Source: a virus (lineage: Duplodnaviria > Caudoviricetes). From it: a DNA stretch of 64,000 nucleotides. Shown here one piece after another: positions 58,299 through 64,000 of this stretch (positions are counted from its first letter, which is position 1; each line of letters opens with the position of its first letter). The stretch is from IMG/VR virus record IMGVR_UViG_3300022602_000025; one strand, written 5' to 3'. The translations under genes and the position numbers were made by a program. A model generated the notes under the pieces. That model did not search any database. It was given only the letters and a program-made list of their open reading frames with translations, and was not told where the DNA came from.

Positions 58299-58583
58299 AT
58301 GAGTCGACCAAAGCCAAACGTACTGTTAGAATTAACAAATAAAAAGACCTATAAAACTGAACAAGTTTTAGAAGCCGAAGCCATCTGGGCGGTGTTTTAT
58401 AAAGACAAGCCCGTGAACCTAAAAACTACCAGTATAATTGCCCAACAGCTAGGACCAAAATATAAAAAAGTTAGTTTTTCTAATAGCGGTCATGCCATTA
58501 ATTTAGCAGAAAAATTAAACAAATTGTTCAATAGCACCGACTTTTCAGTATATAAACTTACAACAGGCGAACGCTTAGAGTAA
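58299..58583 (+). CDS. hypothetical protein
   Basis: AGGA RBS. Confidence 0.7.
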   Translation: MSRPKPNVLLELTNKKTYKTEQVLEAEAIWAVFYKDKPVNLKTTSIIAQQLGPKYKKVSFSNSGHAINLAEKLNKLFNSTDFSVYKLTTGERLE

Positions 58584-58993
58584 TGGATGTTAAGCGACAT
58601 TTAACCAAAATTATCAGTAATCATCTAGGTTGGCCTACAGACGCTACTACCCTAGAAAAAAATCATGTACTGATATGGCAAAACCCAAGGAAGAAAGAAA
58701 TAGGTGGTAATCGTTTGACTGACGAAGGGCTGTCCATATTCACAGAAAAAATGGATATGAAAAGTTATGAGATTGACTTTCCAAAAGAAATGACCCTTAC
58801 AAATAAAGTTACAATTTGGTTAGATCGCTTTATAGATGGTCCATATTATATAACCAAAACGTCCATAATTGTTTTTAAAGAAAAAACGGCCGTACAACTA
58901 GTACTGTTTAGCGGCGATGTCCAAAAATTTGGCCTTGCAAAGGTCATGTCTCAAGAAGCCCAAAAAGAAGATTCTGGGCAAACCAGTGCTTGA
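58583..58993 (+). CDS. hypothetical protein
   Basis: Coupled ORF. Confidence 0.65.
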   Translation: MDVKRHLTKIISNHLGWPTDATTLEKNHVLIWQNPRKKEIGGNRLTDEGLSIFTEKMDMKSYEIDFPKEMTLTNKVTIWLDRFIDGPYYITKTSIIVFKEKTAVQLVLFSGDVQKFGLAKVMSQEAQKEDSGQTSA

Positions 58994-59018
58994 CCTTTTA
59001 GATTAATGACGCTATAAT
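58990..59018 (+). promoter_or_regulatory. sigma70-type early promoter
   Basis: TTGACC-17nt-TATAAT. Confidence 0.75.
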
Positions 59019-59072
59019 ATATACATAGAGCGTTACAAACCCACCATAGTTTTACATAGAAAGGTAAGTTAA

Positions 59073-60155
59073 ATGGCAAAAGACATTAGTGTCAATCGTG
59101 TACAGACACCCAACGAGGCCAAAGCAGCTATTCGTAAGTGTATGAAAGTTGGACGTCCTGTATTCATGTGGGGTCCTCCAGGTATTGGTAAATCAGATAT
59201 CGTCAAACAACTTGGCGATGAGCAAGGACGTGAAGTTATCGACGTTCGTTTGAGTTTGTGGGAACCTACTGACATTAAGGGTATTCCATATTACAACTCA
59301 GATTCAAAGACAATGACTTGGGCACCTCCAGCAGAGTTGCCTACAGATCCAAACAGTACTGCAGTTCTATTCCTAGACGAACTTAATTCAGCAGCTCCTG
59401 CTACACAAGCAGCGGCCTTCCAATTGGTGTTGAATCGTCGTGTAGGTACATACACTTTGCCCAAAGGTGTTAGCATTGTAGCCGCTGGTAACCGTGAAGG
59501 TGATAAAGGTGTTACATATCGTATGCCTGCTCCGTTGGCTAACCGCTTCTTGCACTTGGAATTGCATCACGATCATGCAGATTGGCAAGAATGGGCTGTT
59601 GCTAACAAGATCCATGAACAGGTTGTAGGCTATTTGGGTTTTGCTAAACAAGACTTGTATGACTTTGATCCAAAGAGCTCAAGCCGTGCATTTGCTACTC
59701 CACGTAGCTGGTCATTTGTTTCTGACTTGTTGGGCGATGACGACTTGCCAGAATCTACATTGACTGATTTGGTTGCAGGTGCTATCGGTGACGGGTTGGC
59801 TGTTAAGTTTATGGCACACCGCAAGGTTGCTAAACAGATGCCTAAGCCAGAATCAATCCTCAAAGGCGAAATTAAGAAATTGGAAATTAAAGAAATTTCC
59901 GCTATGTATTCTTTGACAATCAGTATGTGCTACGAACTTCAAACAGCGCATGAGAAGAAAGTTAAAGAATGGAACGAAATGGCAGATTGTTTCTTCCGCT
60001 TTATGATGGATAATTTCCCAACTGAGTTGGTAGTTATGGGTGCTAAGGTTGCTCTTACACAGTATCAATTACCGTTTGACGCTAGCAAGCTCAAGAGCTT
60101 TGATGAGTTCCATGAGAAGTTTGGCAAGTACATTATCTCAGCAATGGAGAGTTAA
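59073..60155 (+). CDS. MoxR-like AAA+ ATPase
   Basis: GPPGIGKS, LFLDELN, AAGNR, LANRF and TPRSW. Confidence 0.9.
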   Translation: MAKDISVNRVQTPNEAKAAIRKCMKVGRPVFMWGPPGIGKSDIVKQLGDEQGREVIDVRLSLWEPTDIKGIPYYNSDSKTMTWAPPAELPTDPNSTAVLFLDELNSAAPATQAAAFQLVLNRRVGTYTLPKGVSIVAAGNREGDKGVTYRMPAPLANRFLHLELHHDHADWQEWAVANKIHEQVVGYLGFAKQDLYDFDPKSSSRAFATPRSWSFVSDLLGDDDLPESTLTDLVAGAIGDGLAVKFMAHRKVAKQMPKPESILKGEIKKLEIKEISAMYSLTISMCYELQTAHEKKVKEWNEMADCFFRFMMDNFPTELVVMGAKVALTQYQLPFDASKLKSFDEFHEKFGKYIISAMES

Positions 60156-60156
60156 G

Positions 60157-60178
60157 AAAAGGGCCTTAGGGCCCTTTT
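60157..60178 (+). terminator. Rho-independent terminator
   Basis: aaaagggcc-ttag-ggccctttt. Confidence 0.75.
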
Positions 60179-60202
60179 CCAATTTTAAAAAAGGAAAAAG
60201 AA

Positions 60203-60370
60203 ATGGCTGTAAAATCTTGGTATTTGAGCATTATCGATTCGTCGACACACAAACCCGTATTACATAAAATGTTTTTTACAGCACCAGTAATGAATGCGTT
60301 TATTAAAGAACAAGAAATTTTAGAGAAATATCCAAAACCCCAATACTATATTGTCAAAGAAAATTATTAG
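60203..60370 (+). CDS. 55-aa hypothetical protein (absent from ORF track)
   Basis: MAVKSWYLSII...KENY; AAGGA RBS; abuts the next ATG. Confidence 0.55.
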   Translation: MAVKSWYLSIIDSSTHKPVLHKMFFTAPVMNAFIKEQEILEKYPKPQYYIVKENY

Positions 60371-60664
60371 ATGAGTAGATTTACCATAACCAAATTAGAC
60401 CGTAGACACGCTGGCTATAAGCAATTCAGCCATTATATTACTCCACGTTATAAAACCAAATTAGAAGATAAATTGGATTTTTTAAAATGGCGTAAGTGGT
60501 GTTGGGAAACTTTTGGGCCCGGAATGGAAAGAGATTACGCTATAGAATTGGGTAGCGATCACTATCATATGGGCAGATGGGCATGGCATACTCCGCTAGA
60601 AACCAAACGATTATACTTTGCCAGCGAGAAAGATTTGAGTCAATTTTGTCTATTTTGGAGTTGA
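60371..60664 (+). CDS. hypothetical protein
   Basis: WRKWCWETFGP aromatic-rich small phage ORF. Confidence 0.6.
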   Translation: MSRFTITKLDRRHAGYKQFSHYITPRYKTKLEDKLDFLKWRKWCWETFGPGMERDYAIELGSDHYHMGRWAWHTPLETKRLYFASEKDLSQFCLFWS

Positions 60665-60689
60665 CAAACTGGTAAAAATGTTATATAAT
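60661..60689 (+). promoter_or_regulatory. sigma70-type early promoter
   Basis: TTGACA-17nt-TATAAT. Confidence 0.8.
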
Positions 60690-60719
60690 ATATACATACA
60701 CTGAAACAAAGGAATTCAA

Positions 60720-61985
60720 ATGGCATCTACCGTAATGAAACAAGAGCGTACTAAAAAGTCTAAAGAACGTGTTTTTACCAATGACGAAAAAAACAAAGTT
60801 GTTGAGAAACTAATTACAGCTCGTGTTGGACTTTTATTGCGTCATCCGTTCTTTGGTAATTTGGCTACCCGAATGAAATTAGTAGATGCATCAGATTGGT
60901 GTGCCACACTTGCTACAGACGGACGTACATTTTATTACAATGTAGGATTCGTATATGAGCTCACTCCAAAAGAATGTGAGTTCGGATTCGCTCACGAAGT
61001 ATTGCATAATGTATTTGATCACATGGGACGCCGTGAAGGTCGTGATCCTCAGCTTTCAAATATTGCTGCAGACTATGCCGTTAATCAAATCTTAAAAGAT
61101 GAACGCATTGGCGAAGTGCCAAGCATGATTAAGATTTTCCAAGATAACAAATATCGCGGCTGGTCATATGAACAAATTTACGCAGACGTTGAAGAGCGGG
61201 CAATTAAGATTGACCTAAATCAACTTGGCGAATTGCTCGACGATCACTTAGATGACGGAGATGACGAAGGTCAAGGCGGCGGTGGCGATCAAGAAGGCCC
61301 AGAAGGCAAAGGCAAAGGTCGTCCAAAACTTACTGCTGAAGAAAAGAAAAAAATCCGCGATGAGATCAAAGAAGCCATGGTCAGTGCCGCACAGGCTGCA
61401 GGAGCAGGTCGTGTACCAGCAGGAGTTGCACGTCTTATCAAAGATTATACTGAGCCAAAAATGGACTGGCGTCAGTTGTTACGCATGAACATCCAAAGTA
61501 TTGTTAAGTCTAACTTTAGTTTTAGCCGTCCAAATCGTAAGTCACAACACAGCGGTGCTGTATTACCAGGACTTATGAACGAAGAAACTATTGATATCTG
61601 TGCTAGTATTGACATGTCAGGTAGTATTAGTGATGCTATGGCCAAAGACTTCATTAGCGAAGTCAAAGGAATCATGGAAGAATACACTGATTTCAAAATT
61701 AGACTATGGTGCTTTGATACTGAGGTTTATAATCTCGCAGAATACACAGCTGATAACGGTGATGAACTGTTGGACTATGAAGTCAAAGGTGGTGGTGGAA
61801 CAGACTTTGAGGCCAACTATAACTTTATGAAAAATGAAGATATTGTGCCTAAAAAGTTTATCATGTTTACAGACGGTTACCCATGTGGTAGCTGGGGTGA
61901 CGAGGACTACTGTGATACCTTGTTTATTATCCACGGAACTGAATCCATAATTCCTCCATTCGGCCAAGTCGCATATTATAAATAA
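60720..61985 (+). CDS. HExxH metallopeptidase-like + VWA domain protein (DUF2201-like), MoxR partner
   Basis: TLATDG, AHEVLH, IDMSGS MIDAS, GGGTDF and FTDG. Confidence 0.85.
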   Translation: MASTVMKQERTKKSKERVFTNDEKNKVVEKLITARVGLLLRHPFFGNLATRMKLVDASDWCATLATDGRTFYYNVGFVYELTPKECEFGFAHEVLHNVFDHMGRREGRDPQLSNIAADYAVNQILKDERIGEVPSMIKIFQDNKYRGWSYEQIYADVEERAIKIDLNQLGELLDDHLDDGDDEGQGGGGDQEGPEGKGKGRPKLTAEEKKKIRDEIKEAMVSAAQAAGAGRVPAGVARLIKDYTEPKMDWRQLLRMNIQSIVKSNFSFSRPNRKSQHSGAVLPGLMNEETIDICASIDMSGSISDAMAKDFISEVKGIMEEYTDFKIRLWCFDTEVYNLAEYTADNGDELLDYEVKGGGGTDFEANYNFMKNEDIVPKKFIMFTDGYPCGSWGDEDYCDTLFIIHGTESIIPPFGQVAYYK

Positions 61986-61997
61986 AGTAGGTACATT

Positions 61998-62282
61998 ATG
62001 GCTTTGATAAAAGGTACGATAAATGCACTCAATATTTTGGGTGCTAGAAAATTATCATATATTCCTAAACACTTTGCTGTAATGCGAATCGGTCAAACTT
62101 ATAAGATGTCTGATATAGACAATTGGATTTACCATAATTTAGATAGCAGATATGCTATCGCCAAAAGTCTAAAATTAGATAATAACAATAAGATGATTGA
62201 GATCCAAGAGATAGGGGTCGAGGACGCAAAAGAGCTAACTATGTTAAGCCTTTCGTGTCCTTTCTTAGACAGAAACATATAA
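61998..62282 (+). CDS. hypothetical protein
   Basis: TATAAATA at 61977-61984 upstream. Confidence 0.6.
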   Translation: MALIKGTINALNILGARKLSYIPKHFAVMRIGQTYKMSDIDNWIYHNLDSRYAIAKSLKLDNNNKMIEIQEIGVEDAKELTMLSLSCPFLDRNI

Positions 62283-62296
62283 TATAGGAGATATAA

Positions 62297-62578
62297 ATGT
62301 CTGAACAATTAGATCAAGGTCAAGCAACAACTACTGAACCAGTAGGCGGTGCAGATCAACAACCAGCAGCTCAACCTGCTCCAGAATTAACAGTACAAGA
62401 TTTGAGCAATCTACGTGCTATCATCGATGTATCAGCTCAGCGTGGTGCATTCCGTGCATCAGAAATGGAAGCTGTAGGTGCCGCTTTTAACAAGTTATCT
62501 AAGTTTTTAGATGCTGTAGCACCACAACAAGCACCAGCAGATCAACAACAGGCACCAGCTGATCAACCAGCAGCCTAA
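62297..62578 (+). CDS. hypothetical protein with QQPA low-complexity ends
   Basis: GGAG RBS; core LTVQDL...RGAFRASE. Confidence 0.65.
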   Translation: MSEQLDQGQATTTEPVGGADQQPAAQPAPELTVQDLSNLRAIIDVSAQRGAFRASEMEAVGAAFNKLSKFLDAVAPQQAPADQQQAPADQPAA

Positions 62579-62590
62579 TAGGAGACTAAA

Positions 62591-63178
62591 ATGAAACACG
62601 TTGGTAAAATGAAAAACAACGGAGCGAGAATTGTAATTGCTTACCGCACTATTCCAGGAGATCCGCATTCTGCATTAGTAATCGGAACCCAGGCACTTAT
62701 GGATTCATATCATGACTCACTTATGAGTCTTGTGGATTCAGAAGCAGGTCAGCAAGCAGATGAATTAGCCGATATCATGGCTGTTCGTAGATTCCCGGAC
62801 GGTTCAAATATGCTACATTGGGTTCATACCAACGGTCATTTGAAGAAAGTCCCTACAAGTGGTGTTCTTGTTACTCCAGATAATAAAACATCAGTTGCGT
62901 TGGATGAGCTAAACAACATCATCGCTCAACAAAAAGGTATTAAGTTAGAACAACTTGCACTAAAGGATGGCTCTAATGCAACCATTCCAACTATTGCAGA
63001 TAAGTCTACACAAACTGAATCCGTTGATACAAGCATTGATGATACATCAAAACTTGAGTTAACTCCTGCAGAAATGCGTTCACGTGCAGATGCTTTATAT
63101 AAAGAAGCTGCTAGATTGCGTAAAGAAGCAGATACAATGGATCCACCAAAAAAGAAAGCCGTTAAAGAGACAGCTTAA
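62591..63178 (+). CDS. hypothetical protein
   Basis: GGAG RBS, long ORF. Confidence 0.7.
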   Translation: MKHVGKMKNNGARIVIAYRTIPGDPHSALVIGTQALMDSYHDSLMSLVDSEAGQQADELADIMAVRRFPDGSNMLHWVHTNGHLKKVPTSGVLVTPDNKTSVALDELNNIIAQQKGIKLEQLALKDGSNATIPTIADKSTQTESVDTSIDDTSKLELTPAEMRSRADALYKEAARLRKEADTMDPPKKKAVKETA

Positions 63179-63192
63179 TTTAAATCTCCAAT

Positions 63193-63219
63193 AAAAAGCC
63201 CGCTTAAAGCGGGCTTTTT
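63193..63219. terminator. bidirectional Rho-independent terminator
   Basis: aaaaagcccgct-taa-agcgggcttttt between convergent genes. Confidence 0.85.
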
Positions 63220-63236
63220 GTTTATGTAGTATATTG

Positions 63237-64000
63237 TTATATAACTATTACTTCAATTATTCCAGACTCGCCTGTAAAATCTTGTAAGGCTTTAGCAAAA
63301 GCTGCGTTTGGACTATCAGTAGGTTGCATAGATTCCCCAAATCCTGATGTAGCACTTGTAACTAGCAAGTCACCTTTCTTAACAGGACCAATTACTTTGC
63401 AAGGCACACGTCCTTTCAATGCAATATATGGATGTGTATCATCTGTTCCTGCTGCAGAATTCAATTTAAATGCAGGCGCACTAGATACAATTCCTGCCAC
63501 TGAAACATCTGCACGATTAGTTGTAAATGTAACTTCTTGACTTCCGCCAACTATTAATACTGTACCTGCTGGATATACTTCATCAGATGCGTATCTTTCT
63601 GCGATATCAGCGTATGTTGCTTGGAAACTTGCACCATTTGCTAGTTGCCATGTGCCATAAACAGTACTTACTGACGAAGTTGTAGTTGTTTTTAGTACGT
63701 CAATAGATAAACTTTGGAATTTAACGTTAGCACGTAAGTCGATATTCTGTGGTAAACTTAATACTGCATCGCCTGTAGGTTGGCTTGTAGCGATCTGATT
63801 TACTGTTCCTGCAATACTTGTTATACCGCCGTTGTTAATTGTAACAGAGCCGCCCAATGCTACACTAGGAACACTTACTGAAATTCCTGTACCGCCTGTA
63901 ATAGCAACTGTATCTGTAGTTAAACTACCAACTGGAATAGTACGAGATGTAATTCCTGCACCTGAGCCGTTTAATAGTGTAGCTGATAAGGTATTAACAA
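63237..64000 (-). CDS. 3' part of a tail fibre with intramolecular-chaperone-like C-terminal domain (runs off the window)
   Basis: The frame stays open to the window edge; YADIAE...LKGRVPCKV domain like that of ORF 2564. Confidence 0.8.
   Translation of the reverse strand, partial: VNTLSATLLNGSGAGITSRTIPVGSLTTDTVAITGGTGISVSVPSVALGGSVTINNGGITSIAGTVNQIATSQPTGDAVLSLPQNIDLRANVKFQSLSIDVLKTTTTSSVSTVYGTWQLANGASFQATYADIAERYASDEVYPAGTVLIVGGSQEVTFTTNRADVSVAGIVSSAPAFKLNSAAGTDDTHPYIALKGRVPCKVIGPVKKGDLLVTSATSGFGESMQPTDSPNAAFAKALQDFTGESGIIEVIVI

Noticed and set aside
1-64000. Stop-codon reassignment (code 15 or 4), as in some huge phages
   Set aside because: Long genes are intact under code 11, and TAG, TGA and TAA all end genes at sensible boundaries (e.g. 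TAG at 15899 and 60370).
1-64000. Bacterial chromosome origin suggested by sod, suf, dnaJ, def, clpA and folE
   Set aside because: These genes are interleaved with T4-type polymerase, clamp, clamp loader, RNase H, tail genes and TAAATA late promoters; no ribosomal or typical housekeeping operons are present.
1-64000. tRNA, rRNA or preQ1 riboswitch
   Set aside because: I saw no cloverleaf or T-loop consensus and no preQ1 aptamer in the few intergenic gaps. This was read by eye only; tRNAscan-SE or Infernal would be decisive.
1-64000. Diversity-generating retroelement acting on the tail fibres
   Set aside because: No reverse transcriptase is in the window, and the shared tail segments do not differ specifically at adenines.

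Overview
The window is part of a large, AT-rich, T4-superfamily-like (jumbo) phage genome in the standard genetic code. It is densely coding and almost entirely on the + strand. In order it holds: SOD plus degenerate SufC/SufD-like genes; a late block of giant Thr-rich tail/baseplate genes; a non-catalytic DnaE fragment, GroES, a GIY-YIG homing endonuclease, a MazG-like gene, a cytidylyltransferase, a clamp loader and PhoH; a lysis/membrane block (spanin-like pair, holin, glycosyltransferase); DnaJ-PDF-ClpA; an 8 kb late cluster of probable head-packaged, Glu-site-processed proteins centred on a 1421-aa four-enzyme polyprotein; family B DNA polymerase and sliding clamp; a 12 kb 7-deazaguanine / nucleotide-sugar island (DpdA/TGT-like, QueD/DpdL-like, FolE, QueE, glycosyltransferase, UDP-Glc dehydrogenase, PRTase, split HldE-like genes); RNase H; MoxR/VWA; and the 3' end of another tail fibre on the - strand. 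Sigma70-type early promoters and TAAATA late promoters are readable, and several late genes have RBS-sequestering hairpins. Best candidates for new biology: (1) the putative injected enzyme polyprotein cluster, (2) the deazaguanine plus glycosylation island, (3) catalytically dead mimics of host machines (SufCD, DnaE). All family names come from motif recognition and memory; no database search was run.
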